From Eledone cirrhosa (taxonomy: Eukaryota): DNA of 64,000 bases. Both the position numbers and the translations under genes were made by a program. Below the pieces are notes generated by a model. That model was not told where the DNA came from. It saw only the letters and a program-made list of their open reading frames with translations, and did not search any database. The DNA is taken from the NCBI GenBank assembly GCA_964016885.1, contig OZ024741.1, positions 253,270,001 through 253,334,000 of the forward strand, given 5' to 3'. Numbering within the stretch: the stretch's first letter is position 1; each line of letters begins with the position of its first letter. This document shows positions 1 to 14,534 of the stretch, piece after piece.

Positions 1-329
1 ACATAAAACAAGAGACTCCCCCATATATAAACATTGCAAGTTAATCATCATCATCGTCATTAGTAGTAGTAGCAGGAGCAGCATATTACCTGACACTACC
101 TCCAGCACAGTGTCACAACACAGTTTGAATGTCACTCTTAATTAACTCTTTGTATACATAAATACATCCCCACATACCTACACATACATACATAGATGCT
201 CACACATACATATACATATATATAAGTATAAAGAGGAAATAAACACAGAGAACCAAAAACAGTTTTATTAGGTTTACTCTTATATATATATAGAATTATA
301 TATATAAACATACATACATTTATATATAT

Positions 330-717
330 CATCATCATCATCATCATCAACGTTTAACGTCCCTGTTCCACGCTTGCATGGGTTTGGATGGGAGTTTTCC
401 CACTTGAGGCAAGAGTGATTGTCTTGCTCGCATAGGACTGTCTGGCAGGTTTTCTACAGTTGGATGCCCTTCCTAACACCAACCACATTTACAGTGTGGG
501 TCTGGGAGGTTTTTACCGTGTTGCCTACACTGCCACATTACAGCGTGGACTGTGTGTTTTTTTGTCGTGACACCTACACGATCTCATTTGTTTTGGCCTG
601 GATGGTGTGGCACCAACATAACTTTACATAGAAGGGGCGGTGTGGATGGGGTGGGGGTGGTGGGACGGTGGTGTATTTTGTTAGAGATGCCTACTGACTG
701 TAGTAGGTTTTACTTTG

Positions 718-720
<3 letters not shown>
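330..720 (-). mobile_element. 3' fragment of RTE-type LINE (same tail as 45740-46147)
   Basis: Reverse complement matches the LINE 3' UTR (TACAAAG..ACAGTCAGTAGGCA..GGTGTTAGGAAGGGCATCCA..GACGTTAAACG) and ends in (GAT)n. Confidence 0.8.
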
Positions 721-777
<57 letters not shown>

Positions 778-787
778 CATATATATA

Positions 788-2060
788 CAGGGTGCGAACG
801 ATATTTGTTTGCAAGATTACTGTCTAGGAAAAAATAACACAGTAGTTTTATTTTTTAAGATTTATTTATCAAACTTGGGTCAGTTTGTCTTCATGGCTTG
901 TTCTTTCGATCTCACTCGATACACTCGCCATTGGCTTTAATGATGGCCTCAAGGCGGCCTCGGAACCGGCTACAGGTCTTTGTCACTGCCCCCCCCCCCC
1001 CCCCCGACTCAGGCCCCTAAAGGCACTTGTGATCCTGGCCTTCAGACTGTCTTTTGTATTGCCGATAGTTTTGTTGGTGTCTCGTTCCACTGCGCCCCAC
1101 ACAAAGAAGTCGAGGGGGTTGCAGTCAGGCGAGCTGGGAGGTCAGATGTCAGGTGAAGTGTGGTCGACGAAGTTCTCTGACAGCCAGGCTTGGGTCTTTC
1201 GGCTGGTATGGCAGGGCGTTGAGTCTTGCTGGCACACGTACGGCCTACCTGCAGCTACCTGGTCGATCTAGGGCTTTACTACCTCGCTCAGAACGCGGAT
1301 GTAGCCATCGGTGTTCAGCTTGAGGCCCTCAGGGAAGAAGTGAGGCGGCACGATATCACCTTGACTGCTGACGACACCTAACACCAATGTTGTCACTGGA
1401 AACTTTGTCTGCATGACTCTGGGCACGTCTTTGGATGAGACAGCAAGCCACATGTTGTTCTGAGAGTTGATCTTCTGGTCTTGGCAGAAGTTTTTCTCGT
1501 CAGAGAAAAACCACAGCATGTCTGGCTCCAGTGGGTGTTTCAACTTGTTGATCAGCTTCTTTGCATGCTTCAGTCGTTTTTCTTGCATCGCTTTTGACAG
1601 AAATTGTCCTTTCCTCATCTTGTATGAATCGTAGCAAATGTCTTCATGTACCACCAGCCTAATGATATTTTCATCCACGCCTTTCTCCCTTGCAATGGCA
1701 CGCATCGACTTGCTAGGTTCATTGTTGATGATATCCTGAACTTCAGCGACGAACTCGGGCATTCTGAAGGCGTCAGATTGTCGATCATGTGTTTTCCTCT
1801 CTGATGTTGCTTCGTAGTCGAATCCTGAATCTTTCAATTCCTTTCTGACCTTTTCCACCATTCTCCTCCCGGCGTGGATTCCAAGAAGAACTCCGTGTCT
1901 CTTCCACAAATTTGGAGGTTCAAAATTATTCATAATCAATTATTCTGAAAATAAATAATGGAAATATAGTCACTGTTTTTATGAAGACAAGAGTGACAAC
2001 GGAAGTTAAAAAAATTTGCATAAAATTAGCAGTTGAAAATTGCGAACAAATATCGTCCAC
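788..2060 (-). mobile_element. Tc1/mariner DNA transposon, maT (DD37D) family, inactive
   Basis: Left TIR TA|CAGGGTGCGAACGATATTTGTTTGCAA has a partial inverted match, TTGCGAACAAATATCGTCCAC, at 2040-2060. The ORF 1939-1268 contains FFSDEK. Reading past the stop gives QQD(1225)..SPDCNPLD(1111)FFVW, with 37 residues between D2 and D3. Confidence 0.9.
960..1939 (-). pseudogene. DD37D transposase pseudogene
   Basis: In-frame stops at 1270-1268 (TAG) and 1144-1142 (TGA replacing W of WPPxSPD). The N-terminal HTH-like region includes SMRAIARE. The 3' limit is approximate. Confidence 0.85.
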
Positions 2061-2412
<352 letters not shown>

Positions 2413-2784
2413 CAATCCCAAATATAAATTAATAAATTCATGAAAATTGGTGCAAGAATGGTCCATAAATACCATTTTCTTCTCTGTCAACTTATTCCTT
2501 GGAAGGACGTGGGGGCTGAGTCCTCAAGTACTCCTTCCAGTGAGTCCTGTCAACCATCCCCAATTGATCCAGTTGGATCCCTAAGCAAGACTATCTGAGG
2601 TCATTGATGTTATCCAATCATCTTGCTCAAATTCTCATGGCCATACTCAATAACGAGGAGGCAGCTATCATATATATATGTATGAATGTTTACATATATA
2701 TATATATATGTATGTAGATATATTTTCAAATGATGAAAATATATCTACATACATATATATATAAACATTCATACATATATATAT

Positions 2785-3407
2785 GATGGCTGCCCCCTCG
2801 TTATTGAGTATGGCCATTGCACGATATAACATTATTAATAATTATCAATGAATGCTATCGTGCAATGCCTGTGCGTGAAGATTTTTTTTAAAATGAGGAA
2901 AGACTGTGCACTGAACTAATCCCACTCTCTGAACAACAGTAGCTATAACCCAAAAAGAAGAAAAGATCAACATCATCGGTAACTCCTGAGCTGTAGGTTT
3001 TGTGTCAGAGTTATCCCAGTTTCCTGAGTTGCCTTCTCTTAGAAGAATGCCCTGACAAAGGCTAGGGGTCCTTCGCTCCCAGTGGTTTAACCGTGCGATC
3101 AGGCATCCAGCCCGATTATTTCTATGTCCCCGCGCATATACATACCCATGCATACATGTATGCATGTGTATATATGTATATATACACATGCATACATGTA
3201 TATACATATTTACACATTTTTGGATGGCCGTTGACTCTTATGAGTTCTTCCACCCTTTGTCAGGTTTTGTTTTTTTGTCCTGCAGGGTGTCCAAAATCAC
3301 CTTCCTCGCCAACTTACTGGGTTTTCTGGTTTAATCATTGACTACCCAACCATACAACAGGTTATACTGGGTTACATGTTACCAGAGGCACTCAAGACTG
3401 ACCTGAC
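2785..3407 (-). mobile_element. Diverged copy of the ~600-bp non-autonomous element at 20809-21417
   Basis: Shares both termini (GGCTGCC..TCGTT.TTGAGTA.GGCCA and GTTACCAG..GACCTGAC) and the internal block TTTTGGATGGCC.TTGACTCTTA.GAG. Confidence 0.7.
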
Positions 3408-3489
3408 ATGAATATATATATATATATAAATATACATACATATATATATATAAACATACATACATATATATGATAAACATACATACATT

Positions 3490-3543
<54 letters not shown>

Positions 3544-3676
3544 GTTAAACACGTGTCATCACAGTTGACATAAATATAGTTGCCACAATCCAGATAACTA
3601 TCATAATAGAAAAGTAGAATTAAAATTAGAGAAAATACATAGGGTCTTGCAACCAGAGAATAGAAATATAGTTTAA

Positions 3677-3892
3677 CACTTTAGCATTTACAATACTCTA
3701 TATATACTATTGTATTTTCGTGGTAAAGGCTTTATCTCATATAATTATCTCGCATAATATTGTATCTATGAGATTTTGATTTTATTTATTTTGAGAACAA
3801 TACCTTAAAGTCGGTATGACGGGCCAGTTATGGCAGTTACAGAAAGGGTGACAGAATTCTGGCTGGATATGGCCAGTTTAAATGTTAAAGGG
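3677..3892. mobile_element. piggyBac-type MITE (TTAA TSD)
   Basis: TTAA|CACTTTAGCATTTA...TAAATGTTAAAGGG|TTAA. It is an inverted copy of 29881-30098. Confidence 0.8.
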
Positions 3893-4399
3893 TTAAAGAG
3901 AAAAATATTGGCTATGTGGACATGAAGACTGTAGATTAAAAAAAAAATCTAAGATTTAAGAAAAGAAAGTAGGACTTTGAAGCATCTGAACAGCATTCTG
4001 GCAGGTCAGAAATTAGGCGTTTGGGGGCTAAAAAGAAATATGACAAAATATAGTGTATGTTTCTCTCCTTCACCTATATTTTTGTTCTTCAATATCTGGT
4101 CATAAGACTATATATATTTTCTCTCAATTCAAAGGTATCCGTTTTACTTTGCTGCTTTGTATTTACTTTGAAAAGAATATTTTTTCTTTTCATGTTTACA
4201 TATCCCAACACATTCTTTTATCTTTTTCCAGCAATATCACTAATACCTATAAAGAAAACTTTAGTTCTTACCATGCTATTAATCTATACAAAATAACTAT
4301 TAGACTGAAAATAGAAAGTTTAGCATTGCATCTTCATATTATAAAGAAAATCCCAAATATAAATTAATAAATTCATGAAAATTGGTGCAAGAATAGTCC

Positions 4400-5150
4400 A
4401 TAAATACCATTTTCTTCTCTGTCAACTTATTCCTTGGAAGGACGTGGGGGCTGAGTCCTCAAGTACTCCTTCCAGTGGGTCCTGTCAACAATCCCCAATT
4501 GATCCAGTTGGATCCCTAAGCAAGACTATCTGAGGTCATTGATGTTATCCAACCATCTTGCTCAAATTCTAATTCTGGGTCCCCTACTTGTTGGTTTTGC
4601 CCATAAAACCTGTCCAGAGATTCTTTCCTGAGACATTCTAACCACATGTCCATAATATCAGAGCTGTGATCTCTCAATTTGGAGAAGACTCTCTGATGTC
4701 TGCACTCTATGGAGTAACATTACTCCTAAGACTCCTCAGAGGAACTCCTTTTCCACCACTTATATTTGGGATCATGTTCTTTCACTCATTACCCAATATT
4801 TATGAGTATAGCTTAAGGTTAGCATGAATACCAAAATGAAGATAGTAAGTTTGTCTTTTGCACCTACCGCTCCTTCTTCTAATGACTGAATGCTAATGCA
4901 TTACTGCATGCTGTTGCATTACTGCACCTACTCTTTAATTCAGCTGTCTGCCTGCCTTTACTTATAAACACGGCCCCAAGATACTTGAACTTCTCCCCCT
5001 GCTTCAGTGGAACTCCACTCACATGTAGAGAGCACTGTGAAAGCTTCCTTGAGAGGACATGTATCTCAGTCTTTGCAGCACTGATTTTCATTCCAGCCAT
5101 GCAGCACTCAGCAACAAACCTATCAAGGGTATGTCAGAGATCACTTTCTT
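4400..5150 (-). mobile_element. Degenerate RTE-clade LINE fragment
   Basis: ORF 4879-5100 AGMKISAAKTE..VPLKQGEKFKYLGAVF is an RT thumb-region motif. It is related to 62290-63720. Confidence 0.75.
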
Positions 5151-7172
5151 CCTTTGACAAGATAATATTTGATTGTGGTACTGATTATGACAATGATGCA
5201 TTATAAGAGAGTAGCGCCAAAGGGATAATGTTACATTCAGAACAATTTTAATACTTATAAATAAATAGGAAACAAAATACTACATGATATAACCCCCCAT
5301 ATAATTTGAATGTTATAAATAAGCATGGATATAAAATATTTAATAGAAATTGCAAGATAAGCTAGAGTTATGCCATAATTTTGCTGCTTCCATAAGCAGA
5401 TTAACAGAAAAAAGCTTTCTGGTACAAACATGCAAAACTCTCCTCTTCTATCATATGTAATTCTAAATTGTACATATCTTTCTAAAGCATTCGTTTATCA
5501 GCCTGGGGTCTTCTTCACAAATAATAGTGAAACAAAACATTATATGGGGTTTACTGAAAAACGTTTACAGAAAGGATTCTAATTGTATCATATACATGCA
5601 TTCAAGCAGATAGATCACCTGATCCAAATATTTTCAGAGTTGAAAGGATGTTATTTACAATTATGGAAGCAGTAGCCCACTCTGGCAAAATGTATGGTAC
5701 ATATGTTCCCATAACTCCTGTGGGAGTTGTCGGGGTGCCATATTGACATACAGCATTTTTAGGGTATTTTTAAAGCTGGCAGAGCCCATTTCCTCTCCAG
5801 GTCTGAACATAGCAGATTTCCAGTCCTCTGCAGTCAACTTTACCTTTTAACTATTTAGCTCAAATAAATTATGTACCAATCCAACGTCAGTGGATTGATG
5901 GAGTCATTAGAGCATTGGATTAAATGCTTTGGGTTCTGACTCTCTGTGCTCAAAGATCAAATTTTGCCAAGGTCACTATTGCCTTTCATCATTTTGGGGT
6001 CAATAAATAAAATACTAATCCTGTTTAAATTAAAAGAGTTGGATGGGATATTTTGTGTTATCTATTCTGGCTCTGTGCATTCTAAATTGAAATCCTGCCT
6101 CCTGTCAGCAAAAAAGGGATACTTTTGCCAGGATTTATGACAAACAGATAGTATATCCCTTATCCAACAGGCTGGCCTCTTGTGGGAGGTAATTGGCATA
6201 AAAAAGCAATCATGGATATTCTCATATATTAATTAAACACTTGGTACTCTGCTGTAAGTGTAAAGAATGATTAGAATACATAGCTACATAGAGTTCCTGC
6301 TGTGTATCATATAGTAGCTTATCTGTGAAACCTACCTTATTTCATGTCACGATTCCTTGACTTATCACTTGACAGTAGGTGTCTTCTTCCATCTTTATTT
6401 TCACCAGATTTTCTCATTATACAGTCATTATCATTTTACATCTGTTTCATGCTGGCAGGGGTTGGAAGAGTCATTACAGTCAGTACTTTATCAAAGCTAC
6501 TGTCCTAGACAGGTTGAGCAATCCTGTCTTGCTCTATATTACGTTTATTCTATCAAGAAACAGTTAGTAGACCATCCAATGGTTTTTATATTATTGTTGG
6601 CAATTGTTCTGGCTCTCTGAGTTCAAATCCCACCAAGATAAACGTTGCCTTTTATCATTTTGGGTTTAATAAAGTAAAGTCCAGGGTGGTAGACTAGCGG
6701 AATTGTTAGTGTCAGATGAGATGCCTCGGAATATCTGTTCCAGCTCTGTTTGTTCTGAATTCAAATCCTACTGTCTGTCACATGATAAAGCTGTGATCCT
6801 TATCGTTAAAACACACAAGAGACTGCTTATTATATGCAACCTTATAAGGAGTCCAGTGAAACCTTTCTAGGTGTGAACTGTAAAAATACAATTTGTAGGT
6901 GTTAATGTGATGTGTATACTGGCTGTACTATTTGGTTAAACCTTTTGTTACCATGATTCTAATGAAAGACATTGAATTTGGCAGGATTTAGTATTATAAT
7001 CATCGCTCTCAGATGTTTGGAACATAACTTAACAAAGGTTCTTACATAAAATTATGATGGAAGGTTTTTAGATAAATAGAAACATTTTAACAAACAGTTT
7101 TGTAGAACTTGGAATGGTTTCGGTCAGTTTGGTATCAAAAGGGTTAAGCTTGTATTATGATTCAAAACATCA

Positions 7173-7215
7173 TAGTAGTAGTAGTAGCAGCAGCAGCAGC
7201 AGCAGCAGCAGAAAC

Positions 7216-7283
<68 letters not shown>

Positions 7284-7460
7284 AAGTAGTAGTAGTAGTA
7301 ACAGTAGTAGTAGCAGTAATAGTAGTAGTGGTGGTAGTAGTATTAGTAGTAGTAGTAGTAGTAGTAGCAGCAGCAGTAATAGTGGTAGTAATAGTAGTAG
7401 TAGCAGTTGCAGCTGCAGCAGTAGTAGTGGTAATAGCAGCAACAGTAGAAGTAGTAGTAA

Positions 7461-7514
<54 letters not shown>

Positions 7515-7580
7515 CAACAGTAGTAGTAGTAGTAGTAGCAGTAGTAGTAGTAGTAACAGCAGCAGTATAGTAGTAGTAGT

Positions 7581-7612
<32 letters not shown>
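7173..7612. repeat. (AGT/AGC)n trinucleotide repeat
   Basis: Direct inspection. Confidence 0.95.
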
Positions 7613-7739
7613 TATTAATAGCTGCTGTAGCAGCTACAGCTGTGTTTATGACATTGATGGTGATGTTAGTTGTGGTTAAGGTGTTGTTGATATATAGAGT
7701 TGATGTTATGAACTTATATAGTGGTTTGGTGCCATCATA

Positions 7740-9294
7740 GCCACAACTGCTCCCATCAGTATCACCATTACTACCAATATCACCAGCATCACTACTAACA
7801 ACATCACTGCCACCACCACCACCACCACCACCACTACTACTACTATCCCCCATCATATCACAATCACTAACACTACCTCCACCTCCACCACCAACAACAA
7901 CAATAGCACCACCACCACCACCACTACCATCACCGCCCACACCACCACCAATACTAACACCACCAACACTGCCACCACCAACACTACCCCCCCCCCCCCC
8001 CCCCCCACCACCACCACCACCCACTACCACCACCGCCCACACCACCACCAACACTACCACCACCAACACCACCACCACAACCACCACCAATACTACCACC
8101 ACCAACACCACCACCACCAACACTACCAACACCACCACGACCACCACCAACATCACCACCATCACCACCAACATCACCACCACCACACTTCCACCAACAC
8201 CATTACCAACACCACCACCATCACCATCACCACTCCCACCACCACCACTACCAACACCACCACCATCACCACTACCACCACCACCACCAACACCACCACC
8301 ATCACCACTCCCACCCCCACCACTACCAACGCCACCACCATCACCACTACCACCACCACCACCACCACCACCGCCGCCACCAACACCACCACCACCACAC
8401 TTCCACCAACACCATTACCAACACCACCACCATCACCACTCCCACCACCACCACCAACACCACTACCAACACCACCACCAACACCATCACCACTCCCACC
8501 CCGCCACTACCAACCCCACCACCATCACCACCACCACCACCGCCACCAACACCACCACCACCACCACCACCACCACCGCCACCACCACCAATCATCACCA
8601 CCAACACCACCATTGCCATCACCACCTCCACCACACCACCACTACCAACATCACCAATAATACCACCACCACTACCACCAACAAGACCACAAACACCACC
8701 ATCACCACCACCTACACCACCACCAACATCACCACCACCACCACCACCACCATCACCACCAACACCACCACCACCACCACCACCACACTTCCACCACCGC
8801 CCACACCACCACCAATACTACCACCACCAACACCACCACCACCAACACTACCAACACCACCACGACCACCACCAACATCACCACCATCACCACCACCACC
8901 AACACCACTACCAACACCACCACCAACACCACCACCACCTACACCATCACCACCACCACCACCACCACCAACACCATCACCACCACCACCACCACCACCA
9001 ACACCACCACCACCACCACCACCACCTACACCACCACCAACACCACCACCAACACCACCACCACCACCACCACCAACACCAACACCACCACCACCACCAC
9101 CACCACCACCACCAGCACCACCACCAGCACCACCACCAGCAGCAGCAGCACCACCACCACCACCACCACCCCACCACCACCAACACCAACACCACCACCA
9201 CCTGCACCACCACCAACACCACCACCACCACCACCACCACCACCACCACCACCACCACCACACCACCACCACCACCACCACCACCACCACCACC

Positions 9295-9325
<31 letters not shown>

Positions 9326-9357
9326 CCACCACCACACCACCACCTACACCACCACCA
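7740..9357. repeat. ~1.6-kb degenerate (ACC)n trinucleotide repeat
   Basis: Direct inspection. It contains internally duplicated blocks such as CCACCACACTTCCACCAACACCATTACCAAC at about 8180 and 8393. Confidence 0.95.
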
Positions 9358-9743
9358 TATACAACAACACAAAGTCACAATCTAGAGAAGAACATGCAAT
9401 GTCAGTTAGTGTGCATCACTGCATTAAGCAGAACATCTCACTATTGTCAGCTTATGTCATTAAACTGATTCTGGCATTTGGCCATGCGACTGGCACCACT
9501 GCGCATTAGGTGTGCATGAGTGGGCAACTGTTGTTGAGAGTAGAGAGCTTTAGTGTAGTACATGTGTAAGACGACATGCAAGGTGAGTGTCAGTGTCACA
9601 ACAATTTTGATGGAGAAGCTCTCTTATTGTTGGTATTCAGAGGAGAGCACATGTGTGTGTGTATGTACGTGTGTGTGTGTGTATGTATGTGTGTGTAGAT
9701 GTCTATGGACATATGTCTTTGTAGATGTGTGTGTATCAATACA

Positions 9744-9780
<37 letters not shown>

Positions 9781-9798
9781 ATCTCTCTCTATATATAT

Positions 9799-9990
9799 AG
9801 GAAAAAGTATGACCCCGACGGCAGAGCTCAAGCCGTTTCTCAGCTATTTTTGTCCAGAAATAGCCGTCGAAACGGCTCGAGCTCTGCCGTCGGGGTCATA
9901 CTTTTTCCTATTTCCCACTCTACTACCCTAAGTATTGAGTACTCTGGTGCGTTATGGTCCACCTGGTTCCTTACCACAATTCCTTTGTTT
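9799..9990 (+). mobile_element. Fold-back element carrying the 3' half of a hammerhead (GAAAC-GGC..GCC-GUC); other copies at 11307-11450, 13258-13445, 62060-62256, 63775-63963
   Basis: A palindrome of about 110 bp is followed by a conserved tail TTCCCACTCTACTACCCTAAGTATTGAGTACTCTGGTGCGTTATGGTCC that ends in (TA)n. Confidence 0.75.
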
Positions 9991-10077
9991 TATATATATA
10001 TATATATATACAGGCACACACATATATATATATATACAGTATATATATATACTGTATATATATATACTGTATATATA

Positions 10078-10128
<51 letters not shown>

Positions 10129-10447
10129 CACACACACATATATATATATATATATACAGTATATATATATATATATATACACACACATACATATATATAT
10201 ATATTATATATGTATATATATATATGTGTATTTTATACACACACATATGTATGTATATATATATATGTAAAAAGGAGATTAATATGCCCACAGGTACTAA
10301 GTACCCTGGAAATATATAGGGGGTCTATGATACAGTGGTGTTCTATGGTATTACTTTGACATACCAGAACTATAAAATTGAGATAAGCGGTGCAAGTAAG
10401 ATTCAAATAAATTATAAAATATAATTTAAATATTCACCTATCCCTTT

Positions 10448-10529
10448 TGCTTTTACCGACGGTTTCACCTCACAAAAGATTGGAAATCCTAGGGACTTCC
10501 AATGGAAATGTTCAGATCTTCAGAAAGCA
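10448..10529 (-). ncRNA. Type I hammerhead ribozyme motif (in element ~10270-10590)
   Basis: Reverse complement: UGCUUU-CUGAAGA-(long stem II)-GAAA-CC GUC GG-UA/AAAGCA. Stem I is 6 bp and the triplet is GUA. Confidence 0.75.
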
Positions 10530-11042
10530 TTCTCCCTACCTAGGACTTAAAGTCCCAGGAACGGCAAAATACATTGCCAAAATACATTGCCATCATTCTA
10601 CGCTTTTTTATTAGTTATTAGTTAGTACTTCGAAGTTCTTTTGTCACACATTCTGTGACCTCCTCAATGATTTTGTTTTCCTCTGTACCTCCTCTTTTGT
10701 TTTTTCTTGGCGGTGGAATCTTATTTTTTTTTTGTTACTCCTTGCCTTTCTGTCTAGTAATTATATAGTGTGTGTGTTTTATTGGCAATATTGGCAACAT
10801 AACCATCCCTAAATAAAACAATATCTGTTTCAACACATAATTTCACATCAAGAATCTTGAAAAATAAATACATCATTTATGCTTAGTGGCACATAGTTAT
10901 ATAGTTACAGCCCTTTATGTTTTGACTTCAAATCCCGCTGAGGTGAGCTTTGCCTTTCATCCTTACGGGGTCGATAAAATAAAGTACCAGTAATGCAAAC
11001 TTATATTTGTAACTCTCTCTATATATAAATATATATGTGCGT

Positions 11043-11106
<64 letters not shown>

Positions 11107-11252
11107 TGAGAGAGAGAGAGAGAGGTAAAACACTGGAAGGTAATATCCGTAGTGGTAGAGCACTCAGTCCATAGGATGAGTTTGGTAGAAGCAGCAACAC
11201 AACAGTTAGTTCACTGTTCTCGGTATGGTGAACTAACTGTTGTGTTACCACT

Positions 11253-11292
<40 letters not shown>

Positions 11293-11449
11293 CAGACATA
11301 TATATGAAAAGAGTCAGGACCCGACGGCTAAGCTCCGGAGCTCAGCCGTCGGGGTCCTGACTCTTTTCCTATTACCCACTCTACTACCCTAAGTATTGAG
11401 TACTCTGGTGCGTTATGGCCCACCTGGTTTCTTTCCACACTTTCTTTGT

Positions 11450-12290
<841 letters not shown>

Positions 12291-12356
12291 ATATATATAT
12301 AATTGGTGTTGGGTGCTTAAAGCGTCCGTAAGCGGTAGGCTGTTTGAGCAGAGTAT

Positions 12357-12702
12357 AATATCACATAAGAAACGGAGAATCAGTGGTGCGACGAATAAAA
12401 TTATTAGACATGTTACAATTGTTTCTCTGGCGACCAGCTCGAGGCACGATCGATGTAATGATCAAACCTGACTCTGAAATCGCAAGGTCCTCAGATACGT
12501 CTCGATTCTTCGAAGCAGGTTGGAAGCAGTTTGGAAATTCTGCTTCAAAGAATCGAGACATATCGGAGGACCTTGCGATGTCAGAGTCAGGTTCGATCAT
12601 TACATCGATCGTGCTTCCAGCTGGTTGCCAGAGAAACGATTGTAACATGTCTAATACATTTTATTCGTCGCAACACTGATTCTCCGTTTCTTATGTGATA
12701 AT
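12357..12702. repeat. ~345-bp imperfect palindrome (fold-back)
   Basis: Arms TCACATAAGAAACGGAGAATCAGTG.. and ..CACTGATTCTCCGTTTCTTATGTGA carry scattered mismatches. The centre is at about 12530. Confidence 0.9.
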
Positions 12703-12797
12703 ATATATATATATATATTATCACATAAGAAACGGAGAATCATTGGAAATATTAAATATATATATAGAAGTGGTTACACAACAGTTAGTTCACCATA

Positions 12798-12837
12798 CCG
12801 AGAACAATTGTTTCACCTTAGCGGATCTTCAGCTCGG
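12798..12837 (-). ncRNA. Minimal type I hammerhead motif
   Basis: Reverse complement: CCGAG-CUGAAGA-UCCGCUAAGGU-GAAA-CAAUUG-UU/CUCGG. Stem III is the palindrome AACAAUUGUU. Confidence 0.85.
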
Positions 12838-13156
12838 AATGGGCATGGTTATAGGAACAGGAAGGACAACCGTACGAACGCGCATGCGCAGAAACCCGGT
12901 CACTTCACACAGACAATACTAGACTGCGTGCGAGAGGTGTAAGGGAGATAACTGTGACAGTCCGAAAAGTTTTTAGGTTGAAAATAAAATTACAAGGAAT
13001 CAGTCCGAAGCCTTGTAGTTATGCAATAGGTGTTTGGCGACGTGTGGACAGCGTGTGAAAAATTCACTTCTGTGTTTAGGCAATTACTATTGCGTAATCT
13101 CTTTAAAATAGTTATTCATTCGTCAATACGTAAGCCACACGTGTTGATGAGTGTTG

Positions 13157-13226
13157 CCGTACATGGGAGTCGAACCCACATCTTTGGTTATCCAGACCAC
13201 TATGCTACCATTAGACCAATACACAT
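13157..13226 (-). pseudogene. tRNA-like head (Pol III A/B boxes), probably SINE-type rather than a functional tRNA
   Basis: Reverse complement has A box TGGTCTAATGGT, arm TGGT-CTGGATA-ACCA and T arm/B box GTGGGTTCGACTCCCAT. The acceptor stem is weak. Confidence 0.65.
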
Positions 13227-13762
13227 CCCATCTTCTATATATATATATATATATATATAACGGAGGAGTTGTGGTAAGGAACCAGATGGACCATAACGCA
13301 CCAGAGTACTCAATACTTAGGGTAGTAGAGTGGGTAATAGGAGAAAGTATGACCCCGACGGCAGAGCTCAAGCGGTTTCGACGGCTATTTCTGGAAATAA
13401 CCGTCAAAACGGCTTGAGCTCTGCCGTCGGAGTCATACTTTCTCCAATATATATATATACACACATATATATATGCACACATACATATAAATAAATAATT
13501 ATATAAATATATATACATATTTATTTATTTACGTGTGTGTATGTATATATATATATGTGTGCGTGTATGTGTGTATATATGTGTATATATGTCTATACAT
13601 ATATACACACATGCATATATATATACACATATATAAATACACATATATATATATATGTATATATATAAATATATACATATATATATACACATTTATATAT
13701 ATGTTTACACACACACACACAAATATATATATATAATGTATGTATGTATGTATACATAAATG

Positions 13763-13812
<50 letters not shown>

Positions 13813-14534
13813 CATACATATATATATATATGTGTGTGTATGTGTTTATGTATACATACAAACATTGATACACACACATGTGTGTGTTTTTGTATATATA
13901 CACACAAACACATGTACACACACACATGCATGAATGCACACACATACTTGCACCTGCTTCTATATAAATATGTCGATCTATACACAATATACACCTACCT
14001 ACATCAAACAGTAAATTTAATATGTGTAAAATAATTATCAGTGTGTAGAAATTGATACAAATTCAATTTATTACAAAAGATGCTTTGATTTGCTTCACAT
14101 CTCAATATTATTCTGTTTTGCTTTGAATTTTTCTCTATTTCACTTTTGATTTTTCATTTTTCTGTTTTATTCAATTTTATTTTATTTCCTCCATTATTCA
14201 TATCTGTGACATGGCACCGAAGAATTCTCTGGAAATATTCTCTTTGGCAACTATGGCTTTATCAGATAAAGTAGGGCCACTGCCATGAACTTTTGTAGAT
14301 CTTCTCTTTAAGACTGGTGAGCTGAAAATCCATCTAGTAAATTTCATTCACGTGTCTTTGATCAACCTGAGGCTATGAGAGAATATATTTGCCTCAACAT
14401 ACTGTGGAATTGAGGAGTCAGTGTGTAAGGGTTTTCATTACAAAACTGTCAGAAGTTTTCTGCAAATTATGCTAAAACTATTTTCATTTTTTTCGAATAT
14501 TTATTCAAGCCTTAAAGATAAAAAAAAAAAAAAA

